Source of the DNA: Octopus bimaculoides
Taxonomy: Eukaryota
Reading direction: 5' to 3'
Length of the DNA: 64,000 bases
Assembly: GCF_001194135.2 (NCBI RefSeq)
Contig: NC_068981.1
Coordinates: forward strand, 129,561,963 to 129,625,962
The notes under the pieces are model-generated. The model was not told where the DNA came from. It worked only from the letters and a program-made list of their open reading frames with translations, and made no database searches. Shown one piece after another: positions 36,560 to 49,000 of the stretch. The position numbers were made by a program, and so were the translations under genes. Position 1 is the stretch's first letter; each line of letters opens with the position of its first letter.

Positions 36560-38660
36560 ACATATAGTAGATGTTTGGGATATAGTTTTTATATAAACCA
36601 GTTTCCACTTGTGGAGTATAATCATGTAGTTTAAATCCTCTGTAGTTTGAATGGCGGTATTCAATAATTTTAGCTTTACACACACACACATCCATTACAG
36701 CAAATCTTACCAATTGGTTTCACACTGGTTATTAAAACTGGATGTTAGATAACAGCACAGTTACATAATACCATGTGTTCATCAGAGCTGTATGGAAAAA
36801 AAAAAGACACCATATATTTTTTTCATAGCTGCTAGCTCTGATGAGCATGCAGTATTAATTGTGCTGTTATTTAACATCTAGTTTTAATATCTGGTGTGAA
36901 ACCAATTAATATGATCAGCGGTAATATATGATACTGTAGACTTTGATTAATATATCGTCCAACCCATGCTAGCATGGAAAGCGGACGTTAAACGATGATA
37001 TATATATATATATATATACGAGAAGAAAATGGATGTAAATAACAAGGAGAAATTCGTCGTTTTCGCTGGTATGTCTTTAATTTAATTAACAAAGAAGAAG
37101 GTAGCATTTATGATCATTTCAATTTACTAGTTTTAGTAAATATCTTCAGAATGCGAAAAATAAATTGATACATCGGTAATGGTAATAAAGTCAAAATTTG
37201 TTAGTCTTACATTATATTATGATCTTAAGTTGATTATTCAACTGGGGAGTGGATTTCATTGTAGTAGATTGCTTAGTTTATGGTTCCGCTGGGTAATTAA
37301 AGTGGGGTGTATATTATTTTGGCGTGGAATCCAGAGTTTGACTAAGCACATTTTTTGTGCACGTGTGTATTAAATTTGTTTTAATCAGCAGTGAGTTTTA
37401 GTCACTGGCGGTGTAAGTGAAGGGGGATAACTTAAGGTGAAAAGGGAGCTAACTCAAACTGGATTATTTACACTAGGGAGGGTGGTTTAAAATTATATTA
37501 TGGCTAAAGTTTAGGAAGTTCATAGTAATAAAAAGGGCCCTATGTAGGTGTAAAGTAAATTATTATGGAATGTGGAGGGTGAGTGGGGTTGGGGTTGACT
37601 GTTTATGTGTAAGTGTATAAGATAGTTCCCAGCTAATTAGACTTAAATAGATGAATATGATAGTGTGGGATTTGTAGAGGGTCCTACTATTTTACCTATA
37701 CTTTGAAAAGACAAAGTGGCCTATATGAAGACGAAAATTGTTGTTCTCAAATTTCCTATTGAGGGAGTTGTTTAGCCGTTAGGATAGCTAGGCATTCTGA
37801 TAAACAGAGATCACAGTGTCTATTGGTGGTGTTGTACGAGGTTGTTTTTGCAAGTATATGCCAGTTTAATCTATAATCTATTTTTTTATCTTTAAGTTCC
37901 CAAATATATCTACTAAGCCCTGTTGAATTTGCCTTACTCCTATTTATGAAGCTAGATTGGTGTGCGTTATATCTAAGTATCATTTGGTTTTTAGTGGTGC
38001 CTATATATGATTTTATCTGGCTATTTGTGTGCACATCACATTGTTAAACTATGTTGACTTATATCTATTTGAGAAATGGCACTTTGTTCTATCCCTGCAG
38101 CCACATAAATTATTAGGTATATCTGTGTCCGTGTTATGTTGTGGGGGGTCTATTACTGTTCAGGTCTATATCTAAGTTAATAGGAGGCGCTATGTGGGCT
38201 TAATTCTATTAGTTGGTTGGTTATTATTTTTATTGTTCACAATTTTTCTAGTTTTATAGAATTTGTCTAGTTTTTTTATTATTTATTGAGGCTATGATTG
38301 TAGCTAAGTTATTGGTCAGGTTGTGGCCTACTCTAATTTTATTCCTAACTAATTCTGCATATTTATTATTAACGTTTAGGTATTTACCTATGGTTTTCAT
38401 TAATGAGCGAACTATGTTTGATTTGAAGTGCATGGTGAAGGGGACTACGAGCCAGATTATATCACTATTTTGTTTATTTTTTGTATTGTTCTTTCTAGTA
38501 TAGAGGCTACCCTCCTTGTTTGTGAGTTGTGTGAAGTTATGGTTATGGCTATCTAGCTCATTTCCATAGTTGAGTTTCATTTTCCTGTTACTTTTATCTG
38601 TTTTATTGGTGTTGCTTGCATAGAGTTTATGTGAACTAGAAGGCATGGTTTTCTTATTAT
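36560..38660 (-). mobile_element. Second Penelope-like element 3' fragment with inverted terminal duplication
   Basis: GIY-YIG ORF 37756-38034 (KSYIGTT...RYNAHQSSF...STGLSRYIWELKD...CDLCLSE) and linker ORF 38254-38646; ~100-bp inverted repeat 36691-36920; small RTE tail at about 36955-36990. Confidence 0.88.
36691..36795 (-). ncRNA. Type I hammerhead ribozyme motif with complete catalytic core
   Basis: CUGAUGA (36785-36779), stem II ACAC-UGGU-AUUA/UAAU-ACCA-GUGU, GAAA (36721-36718), stem III CC-AAUU-GG, GUA cleavage triplet (36710-36708), bulged stem I CCAUACAGCU/AG...CUGUAAUGG. Confidence 0.7.
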
Positions 38661-39317
38661 TAACAGGGTTGAACTGTGTAAAATGTTAGAGACAGAAACC
38701 TAGCTGTTTCTTGCAATAAAAGCATCCAAAATAACACTTTTTCATGGACCCTTAAAATACTATTGTGGATCTCCAGTTTAATATTTTGCTTGTGTGGATC
38801 CCAGTTGAAAACCACTGATATAACTGATGTTATTAATGGGAACTGAAACAAACTCCATTTACAAATCTAGTTCACAATACTTCTCAGTTAAATTTAGATC
38901 ATTTCCTATTGTAATTTAAAAGTCTCATGAACTAATGGTGGGAAGGGTGTCACTAAAACTGATGTTAGTGTAAACTGACCAGTATGACATACTATGTCAA
39001 AATAATGTTTAACCTCATATAACAGTTAGTGATAATATTACTCTAATATTTTCGAATTGCTGTCAAAAGTTTTTCATCTACCATAACATTATAAAACAAG
39101 TTATTCATTTTTAATCATCAGCAGAATAATGTGAGTGAGCTTCATTAACTGATACAATTCAGTGGAATTCTGCTTTAAGCATGCCATATAACTCTACATA
39201 AAATTTTTTTTTTTTTTCTTTTGAAAATGTTTGCAAATTTGTTTTCTACAGATGAGATTTCACCCAATTACCAAAGAAAAAAAAAATTTTAAAAATTTTT
39301 TCAAAATTAAAAAAAAA

Positions 39318-39458
39318 TTACATTATTTACATTTGACGGATATTTGTCCTCATCTTGTTTGTTGTTAACACAATGTTTCAGCTGATATACCCTCCAGCCT
39401 TCATCAGGTGTCTTGGGGAAATTTCGATCCTGGGTTCTCATTCCAAGGTATTTTTCGA

Positions 39459-39491
<33 letters not shown>

Positions 39492-39725
39492 GCCCACGGG
39501 CATATGGCGTAGTGGTTAAGAGCGCAAGCTACTAACCCCAAGATTCCAAGTTTGATTCCAGGCAGTGACCTGAATAATAATAATAATGATATCAAAAAAT
39601 ACCTTAAAATGAGAACCCAGGTTCGAAATTTCCCCAAGACATCTGATGAAGGCTTGAGGGTATATCAGCTGAAACATTGTGTTAACAACAAACAAAATGA
39701 GGACAAATATCCATCAAATGTTAAA
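39318..39725. mobile_element. Head-to-head inverted duplication of a tRNA-headed SINE-like element with a hammerhead tail
   Basis: Right arm: tRNA-like head 39498-39570, (AAT)n, then CTGATGAAGGCT...CAGCTGAAACATTGTGTT; left arm 39318-39495 is the reverse complement without the head; centre TATGCCC-AC-GGGCATA. Confidence 0.8.
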
Positions 39726-40453
39726 GGAAAAATTTTTTAGAATTTTCTTTTTTAAATCAGTTTAAAATATGGACAGTCCAAATTTTAGGCTTTAATCCCA
39801 GCAATAGACCATTAAATGTGTTTATGGGGAGAAAGATATTGAAAAACATAAATACATCACACTGGCAAATAAACAAGGAGGGTATGAAGTGGTCATGAGA
39901 TGTGCTAAAAATACCAGCTAAATAGCCCTTAAATCATGCACCAAAAAAATTTTTTTTTGGTTATGCATAGTGATATAAATTTCTATGTGTACAACACAAA
40001 TTGCAAAACTTTTATGAAGATTCCAAAAAATTAAAAAGTTAAGTGGGGTTATATGGTATGCTTAGAGCAAAATCTGCCTTCAATTCAATGTTAATAGCAA
40101 TAGTACAGATAGAAGAAACAGTGAATTTAAAGTTTAGGCTTTGAACATTGGTTTAGTTGATGTAACAAATTCTAGATTTTCTAAATTCCAAAACAACACT
40201 GTCTAATGCTTTGATTAAATATCAGTATTAGAAAAAGCTAACATCCAATCGAACAATGATATGTTAACACACTTGCACAGTTTCAGTCACCAGGTAGAGG
40301 CATAGAGAGTTGAGATTGAGAATTGTGCAAGAGAGTGACACATGCGAAGAAAGCAATATCAAACACCAAAAGCTTATAAAACAATTACAACAACCACAAG
40401 CAAAACAACACCAGCTAAAAGATGTATGTCAAGACAAGATTCCTGAGTGATAC

Positions 40454-40525
40454 CTCAGTTTCACTGCTAACGTCTGAAATTGCTTCAAGAGCTTCATGTT
40501 CAGGTGAAGAGACTGGGCTTAAACT
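40454..40525 (-). CDS. EEA1: EEA1 exon 2 (SLSPVSSPEHEALEAISDVSSETE)
   Basis: ttttttccag acceptor, GAG|GTATCA donor, 72 nt, phase 0-0; SSETE|GFIC parallels human SSSEGFIC. Confidence 0.8.
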
Positions 40526-40972
40526 CTGGAAAAAAAGCAAAAAAAGTTGTGTTTATTTTTATCATATTACTCATACAGAGGTCTGTGACATGGTTTGTAG
40601 CTAGCATCCCCCCTGAGATACAAGACCTCCAAAGAGTCAACATTATAGATATTGACCAACTTAAAAATTTAGAATAAAATCACCTGAAACAACTGTAAAG
40701 ATAACAAATTCAAAATTATATCTAAATTCATTTTGGAGTAAAAAAAAAAAAAATGCAGGACAATAAATAGCAACATCATTTAGTGATCAGAATGAGACAC
40801 CAAATCTAACAAACTATTTAAAGATAAAAAGAAAGAAAGAAGTAAAAGAAAGTAGTGGCAGAGAAAAGAAGGAAAAGAAATAGAAGCAAGAAATAAGAAA
40901 AGACTAGAGAGAAGGAGAACAATTGTCATTGTCATGTAGATAAATGTGGATACTGTAATGCAGCTGCTCTAA

Positions 40973-41319
40973 AGCAACATTTCTCAAGCCTTTTGCTCTT
41001 GCAAAACTCTTGAAATACATTCCCATCCCAGAGAAATCCCTATATGAAAATTATATATCTTCATTTTCCTTCTTTCTTTTATGAAGTTAAATTTTGTAAG
41101 AGAGTAAACAAATCATAAAACTATCTCCGAAAGGTTTGGCAATCCTAAATTCAACAGATGGCATGACTGTGACTGTGACTGAAGTTTGCTTCCCAACCAC
41201 ATGGTTCCGGGTTCAGTCCCACAGTGTGGCACCTTGGGCAAGTGTTTTCTACTATAGCTTCGAGCCAACCAAAGCCTCATGAGTGGATTTGGTAGATGGA
41301 AACTGAATGAGGCCCATTG

Positions 41320-41378
<59 letters not shown>

Positions 41379-42892
41379 TTATATTCTTTAAGTTTGTTTA
41401 TGGGAAACACTTCTAAGTACGTACATAAAAGCTCCTATGTTATTATGTTGGTTACAGCCTAGTGATTCCAACTTGCAACAACAGTTTTATGGGATCATAC
41501 TGAACTGTGCTGATATAACACAGGATAAATATACTATTACTACTACTACTACTACTACTACTACTAATAATAATAATAATAATCCATGGATGGAATTTAC
41601 AAATATTTTAAAGCATTGCTGTACGTTTTCACAAATCACATGCTTTTTGTGACCACAGTCTGCATTCCTGGGATGAAAACAATACAATTTGTATCACCCA
41701 TGGACATCAGGTGGGTCTCTGTTCATGTGTTCATTTCTTCAGGTGATCTAGCATTAAAGTTGGAAGTAACAAATGTTCAACTGAACAATTTTTATAAATA
41801 TTCACCACCCAAAAGGCTCATTGGGGTATGTGGGCAGTCCTGGTGTATTTGGATTAATTGCGAACAAAGATCCACCTGATGTCATGGACATTATAAATTG
41901 TATTGTAATCATCCCAGGAATGTGGACTATTGTCACAAAAACGTGTGATTTGTAGAAACGTTCGTAGTGATACATTAAAATATTTATAAATTCTATCCAT
42001 GGATTATTATTATTATTGCTATATATATATGTGTATGTGTCTCCCCTCCTGACAACTGATGTTGGTGCGTTTACATCCCTGTAATTTAGCGGTTCAGCAA
42101 GAAGATTGATAGAATAAGTATCAGGCTTAAAAAAAAAAAGGTATTGGGATTGATGCTTTTGATAAAAAAAAATTATTCAAGGTGGTGCCTAAGCATAGCC
42201 ATAGTCTAATGGCTGAAACATGTAAAAGAATAAAAAAAAGTATAAGAAAAAGATGTCACAAAGAAGCTTAAGAAATTTTATCTTAACCAAAACCTTGTTT
42301 CAATCAGTTTTCTCTACAACTTCCTATTAAGAAGTTATTTTTGCTGTAGGTTTGCCTTACTTATCTACAGATGCCAGGATTTCCCTACTTTAGGAAAGAT
42401 ACCATGTGTGCATATATAATGGTTTTGAATTTTAGCACAAGACGAGCAATTTTAGAGTAGGGGGTAAATCAGTTACATCGACCCTAATGATCAAATGGTA
42501 CTTTATTTTATTGGCCCCTAAAAATGAAAGGCAAACTTGACCTCAGCGGCATTTGATCTCAAAACGTAAAGAGTCAGAAGAAATGCCGCTAATCATTTTG
42601 TCTGGCATGGTAATGATTCTGTCAGTTTGCCACCTTATGTGTATATATAACCCTTTCTACTAAAGGCACAAGGCCTGAAATTCAGGGAAAGGGGACTAGT
42701 TGATTACATTGACCCCAAAAAGATGAAAGGCAAAGTCAATCTCAGCGGAATTGTGTATATAATAAAATTGAGAATATAGAATTGAACATATATGCATATA
42801 ATTAGCCTATATATCACTATTTCTTGCAAAACTCCAAGCTACTTCTCACAGAACCCTAGAGTCCAAGGGGAATTTCAGTTAGGAAACACTGG
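40973..42892. mobile_element. Possible hAT-type MITE split by nested insertions
   Basis: Left end caacatttctcaagccttttt and right end gttaggaaacactgg resemble CAGTGTTTCTCAA-type TIRs; both degenerate. Confidence 0.4.
41565..42018. repeat. Inverted repeat, ~155-bp arms with (AAT)n/(ATT)n outer ends
   Basis: 41565-41722 is the reverse complement of about 41860-42018 (e.g. cattcctgggatga, catcaggtgg, aatccatggat). Confidence 0.85.
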
Positions 42893-43039
42893 TTGAAATA
42901 TATACTGGAATATATGTAATATATGTAATATATACTGGAATAGAGGTCATAATGCAGGCTTATGTAGACATTGTGATGTAGAGAGATGTCATATTGTAAG
43001 GTAGAGAGATGCTTGTATTTTAAAATGGAGAGACATATG

Positions 43040-44122
43040 TATAACTAGACTACCTGTGACCCATTAGGTCACTGATAGTTCAGGTTATAAAACATTTAAG
43101 CTGATTTCAACATTGCATTGAAATGAAAGTTAATTTTATGATGATTCAGTTAAATATTTCAATTGGATCAGGCAGTTGTATTGTCTGAGGTTCTTCCTGA
43201 ACTTGTTTGTCCTAGGTTGATCAGTACTAAATAAGTTGTTAAGTTCCTGGGGTAAAGGCTGCAGATTCCCCAGCCTGACTTTTCCATTCATACAACAAAA
43301 GTTAGCAGTTTAACCATGAAAATGCATTACATGACAACAAACACAGATCTTACTCATCTGTCCAATATCAGCAGAGAGGTCACATCATTGAATGGTCCTT
43401 GCTCTATTGCTTTGTTGGCAAAGACATTCAACTCCTCTGAGCGTTCAATTCATGATCTCTCCTGCTTTTGTCTCTTTCCCTCCATTTCACCAGATGCTCA
43501 GCTCTCCAAACGTCTGATTCATGATCTCTCTTGCTTCTGTCTTTTTCCCTCTGTTCCGCCAGACACTTCCTTTCCTTTATCAGTCTCATTGATCCCTCTA
43601 TTTGCATGCCTGTCCCGATCTTGTTGTTGGCATTCATCACTATCTTGATCACCTTCTTTGGATCTCCTTAGCCACACTCTCTTTCCACTATCTTTCTTCC
43701 TCGTCGAGGAATAATGTAAGAATAGAAAATCGTATTCACCTTAGAAAAAATCCCTATTACCTCAAAAAATATTTTTCTAAAAAATTATCACTTAAAAATA
43801 TTTCTAAATAATTAAAATATTGTCTGTTTAAAGAAAGCTAAATATAAATATTTACTCTACAAACAATTTGTATTTTTTAAGTCATTTTCACTTTCAGGGT
43901 ATTTTCCCATTACGTGCCATTTTGGTTATTTATGAAGGTACCCAAAAAAACTGCATATCTCGGGAAATCATGGTCCGATTTACATGAAACTTGTTTTAAT
44001 TCCATTTGTATTCACATTTCAGGGGTGCCTTACTTTCAGAGTATTTTCCCATTATGCGCAGGTTTGACTGTATTAAATTACAGACAAGCAAGCAAGTAAG
44101 CAATCACAGTTTTAGTAGTATA
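43040..44122 (-). mobile_element. Helitron 5' fragment
   Basis: Minus-strand peptide DIGQMSKICVCCHVMHF..NFCCMNGKVRLGNLQPLPQELNNLF...KFRKNLRQYN matches the Cys-rich N-terminus of Helitron Rep; charged tandem repeats upstream; 5' end tatactactaaaact...(cttg)n. Confidence 0.78.
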
Positions 44123-45052
44123 TATGTATAATATAATAATGTTGAGTGATGTGTGTATACATACATATATATAAATGTACATATATATATACACATAAAT
44201 ATTACAGATATATAAATACACATAATTATATATATATATATATATATNNNNNNNNNNNNNNNNNNNNNNNNNNNNNNNNNNNNNNNNNNNNNNNNNNNNN
44301 NNNNNNNNNNNNNNNNNNNNNNNNNNNNNNNNNNNNNNNNNNNNNNNNNNNNNNNNNNNNNNNNNNNNNNNNNNNNNNNNNNNNNNNNNNNNNNNNNNNN
44401 NNNNNNNNNNNNNNNNNNNNNNNNNNNNNNNNNNNNNNNNNNNNNNNNNNNNNNNNNNNNNNNNNNNNNNNNNNNNNNNNNNNNNNNNNNNNNNNNNNNN
44501 NNNNNNNNNNNNNNNNNNNNNNNNNNNNNNNNNNNNNNNNNNNNNNNNNNNNNNNNNNNNNNNNNNNNNNNNNNNNNNNNNNNNNNNNNNNNNNNNNNNN
44601 NNNNNNNNNNNNNNNNNNNNNNNNNNNNNNNNNNNNNNNNNNNNNNNNNNNNNNNNNNNNNNNNNNNNNNNNNNNNNNNNNNNNNNNNNNNNNNNNNNNN
44701 NNNNNNNNNNNNNNNNNNNNNNNNNNNNNNNNNNNNNNNNNNNNNNNNNNNNNNNNNNNNNNNNNNNNNNNNNNNNNNNNNNNNNNNNNNNNNNNNNNNN
44801 NNNNNNNNNNNNNNNNNNNNNNNNNNNNNNNNNNNNNNNNNNNNNNATATATATATATATATATATAAATACATGTATGTATGTACAAGTGTGTTTATGT
44901 GTGTGTTTGTTGCAGTGTAGGGAGAAGTAAAAAAATATAGAGAGCTGTATATTCTGTAATGTAATGTAGAGGTGTATATATTGTAATATATAGGGATATA
45001 TTCTAATGAATGGAGGTATATGTAATATCGTAATGTTATGCTTGGATATCTA

Positions 45053-46634
45053 TAGACTTGCCACAATAAGTTTAAGACCAATGATGACAGTTCTGTTCTT
45101 TCATTAATTTATTTTTAACAAAACTATATAAAATCGTTTTACATTTTACAGTTTATGAAGAATTTTTTTCTCTTTCAAATGATATAGGCGTTATATATCA
45201 ATTTGAATAATTTTAATCCGCAATTAATTCAAATGATTAAAAATTGTTGGCAAAATAAGATTAAGACCATACCAACATTATTTTGTTTAAATTAAAAATT
45301 TACAGCACGAATGATCAACGAACAAAAATTTATTATTTGAATCTAGTTTCATAGCCATTATTTTCAATTATGGCCTTACAACAGCAGGACATGGAGTTCG
45401 ACAAATGAGCACAAAAATTACTTGGAATGTTCTGCCATATTTCTTCAATAAAATAATATAATTGGGACAAATTTGTTGATTTTTTAGCATGAGCTCTTTT
45501 AGAAACATAATTCCATAAATTTTCTATTGGATTCAATAACTACCATATTATTGCACTCAAAATATTGCAAAACTTCCCTAGCCTTATGAATGAGGCAATT
45601 GTCCTGCTGGAAAATAGATCCCAGTGTCATCTGATTATCTAAATATGGCAGCACATTTTCATTTACTAATTGCAGATAGCCTACATTGTTCAGTCTGCCA
45701 TCAACCTTAACAATTTGACCAACACCTAAACTGCTGAACACTTTACTCCACACCATTAACCCCCCCACCCCCATCTCCTGCTTACGCTGTTTTCTTGACA
45801 CACTTAGGATGGAATTCTTCAGTTGGATGGCATCTAACATAAGTCTTTCCGTCTGATTCAATATGGCCTTTAGCAAACTTGATCTACTTCTGCCAGTTCA
45901 TCTCAGAAATTATTGGCTTCTTTCGAGTGATCTGGCCAAACAGTCCAAATTCTTTTAGGCAGTTTCTGACAGTTTGTGGTGTAAAGCTGATGTCAGTTTC
46001 ATCAGATAATTGCTTGCAAATGTCCACTGTTGTTAGCATTCAGTTACCTTCAGAGAGCCTATGAATTTGCCGATCCATCTGTACTGTTGTTTTTTTCGGA
46101 GCACCCATTCTTTGCTGATCTTTGTATTGACCAGTGGCTTAGTAAAGCTTCCATGCTTGAACAAAAGCCATTTTGCTGCATCCTAATTGCTTGCTAATGT
46201 TCATGACGAACACAATTTGCTGATGAAGCAACACGATCTTTGATCTAGTAACTGGACTGATACTACGATGCTTTCCCATAGCGAATTAATGTGTAACAAT
46301 GCTCGGTTATTAAACCAAACCGTGCAGTATGACCAGCTATATGATCACCCATTTGGTTTATTCATTTGCATAATCTTGGTATGGTCTTAAACAAAATAAT
46401 TTTGGTACGGTCTTAAACTTATTTTGCTGACAATTATTAATCATTTGAATTAATTGTGCATTCAAATTATTCAAATTGTAGAAAGATATCTAATGCCTAT
46501 ATCATTCGAAAGAGAAAAAAATTCTACATAAACTGTAAGAAGTAAAATAATTTTATACAGTTTTGTTGTTATAAATAAATTAATGAAGGAATACAACTGT
46601 CATCATCAGTCTTAAACTTATTTTGGCCAGTGTG
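45053..46634 (-). mobile_element. Tc1-like (DD34E) transposon with long IR-DR type TIRs, decayed
   Basis: ~230-bp TIRs starting (C/G)ACT(G/T)GCCA(A/C)AATAAGTTTAAGAC, TA flanks; GGLMVW, IFQQDN..H, NPIENLW motifs in ORFs 45499-45876 and 45333-45536. Confidence 0.92.
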
Positions 46635-46660
46635 TATGTTGTAAAGCATAAGGATGTATA

Positions 46661-47913
46661 TAAGTGGGTAGGCTGAAAAGTTCATAGGTTGACCAAGATA
46701 TTCTCATGGAATATGACCAAATGAGGTTTATTTTGCAACATAAATCCTCTTGTGGTTTGTACAATTATTCCACTGGATCTCATTGGTGAAAAAACTTTCA
46801 TCCTGTTGGTCAAAAACGTAATCAACAACAGATGTGACATCATCATCACTGCAATACTAGTTCCCAGCCAAATGTTTCTTCATGTTGGGGAACAGATGAT
46901 AGTCAGATGGGGCCAAATCAGGAGAATAGGGATGGTTATCAACCAGTTGAAAGTCACAGTCATGCATAGTAGCCATTGAAACCAAGGACTTGTGTGCTAG
47001 AGCATTGTCCCGATGAAACAAGACTTCTCTCAGTTTTCCAAGGCTTTTGGTCTTGATAGTTTTTCGTGATTACCTCAGCAAGTTGGCATAGTACTCTCCA
47101 TTGATGGTGTGGCCCTTTTGAAAATAGTCAATAAACAAAATGCCTTTTGCATCCCAAAAATCTGAGGCCATCACCTTCTCTGCAGAAGAAACAACCTTGG
47201 CCTTCTTTGGAGCAGGTGAGGAGGGGTGTTTCCACTGCATGGATTGTTTTTTTTCTCTGGCTGAAAGTGATGAAGTGAAGACTCATCCTAGGTTAGGAAA
47301 CATTCAAGGAAACCAGCTGGATCTACCTCAAATAATGTCAGATTTTCCCATGATGTGATCAGCCGGTGCGCTTTTGAAGAGGTGTCAGAAGACCACTTGC
47401 CAAACAGAAACATTTGTCATGCCAAGTTCATTGTGCAGAATATTCTCAATTCTCTTATTTTGATATATGATCAATTATCTGTTATCCATCATCATGTGGT
47501 GAACATGATCAGTGTTTTCCTCAGAGGTGGCAGTTGCAGGACGTCCAGGCCTTGGGTCATCTTCAAGCCTCTTTGTTCCCCTCCTAAATTCCACTGCTCA
47601 CTTTTGCACTGTTGATAAAGCTGGAGCATCATCCCTTAATGTAGCAACCATGTCAGCATGAATGTTGTTGGGGGCTAAACCCTTTTTCTGCAGGTACTTG
47701 ATAACATCACAATGCCAAAATTTTGCCCATTTCCAAGATAAGTTTCTACTAGTTACTTTTGAAGTCTTCTTTGAACAGTCAAGTGCTAGTTTAGTTGGAA
47801 AGAAACAATGTAGTTATTAATAACAAGAAGAGTTGAAATTAATGCATGCAAGATTTCAGAGCTCTGGCATCACTCCTTCATAGTCAGCCTATGAAGTTTA
47901 CAGCCCACCCTTG
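46661..47913 (-). mobile_element. mariner (DD34D) transposon, near full length, decayed
   Basis: TIRs gggtaggctgaaaagttcataggttgac / gtcagcctatgaagtttacagcccaccc, TA flanks, about 1.25 kb; minus-strand HPYSPDLAPSDYHLFPNMKKHL and HRDNALAH. Confidence 0.92.
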
Positions 47914-48795
47914 TATTGTTATGCAAGAGTCTGCAAATATATTTATGAGAACATGTGGTCTAGTGGTTAGGGTACTGCACTTATGATCATGAGATTGAGG
48001 GTTCAATTCCCAGACCATGTGGTGTGTTGTATTCTTGAGCAAAAGATTTCATCTTTGCAATCACTTTGATATTTGACATGTGACACTAAGCACCTGTACA
48101 TGTAATATTGATTTGGTGGAAGCAATAAGCTACTGTGCATCAAAAACATTTTATCACTACAAACAAATCATCTGTGAAGAATGTTCAAAAAAAATTTCAG
48201 AACTGTTTTTCTTGGACTCAAGATACTACCATTATTATTAGATATCATAAAGGAGACAGGAGTAGCATTAGAAAATATCATAAACTATTTAAAATTAAAA
48301 TAGTGAAACTGAAAATAAAATATATTGTGTCCAGCAAAAAATATCACACAGGGATTAATTTTCATTCGGTGAGGTTGATTTAGCAAAGGGATTTGAGGAA
48401 AATTACATAACTCTAAATCTACACTACCAAATGATTTATTTTTGATATTAAATGGAATATAAATTAAATATTTTGACAAAACATGCTGTTCCAATCTCAC
48501 TGAAACTGATGAGACTTAACTAGGTTGAAACACCAACCCTTGAGTTGTTAGACTTGCTTGTTTTCTTCAAGGATTAAAAATCCAAAGTTGTTTTTAGATT
48601 AAGGCTGGGAAAACTTTCTGATATAAAATTGTTTCCTATATTTTGTGCGTGTTACATTATTTTCCTCAAATCTATGTCACTAGAGTATCTGTCCCCATCC
48701 TTTTTTTTTGTACTATGGATCAGTCTCATGTAAAACAATTAATCCAGACTAGGGAATCATGCCTGTAACAAAACAATAAAGTGCATAATAAAAAA

Positions 48796-49000
48796 TACAT
48801 ATTAGCGTGGATGTTCTGCTAGAACAAACTTTACTGTGGTAGATAGCATGAGAAAAACTCACATACAGGCTTTTGGTACAGAATCCATGCTGGTGATAAA
48901 AACAAACAAGTGTGCATTCTGCACCAAAAGCCTGTATGAGAGCTTCTCCCATGGTATCTCTGCAGTAAAGTGTGTTCTAACAGAACATTCACATTTAAGT
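48796..49000. repeat. Foldback hairpin, ~85-bp arms
   Basis: catacaggcttttggtacagaat versus attctgcaccaaaagcctgtatg and flanking complementarity. Confidence 0.85.

Noticed and set aside
39498-39570. tRNA gene
   Set aside because: A/B boxes present but acceptor and T stems do not close; it is a SINE head, like the other tRNA-like heads in the window
41640-41960. Hammerheads in the arms of the 41.6-42.0-kb inverted repeat
   Set aside because: CTGATGT lacks the essential A9 and stem I cannot form, although GAAACGTT is present
48500-48545. Hammerhead-like CTGATGAG-stem-GAAAC
   Set aside because: No NUH cleavage triplet or stem I partner; at most a relic
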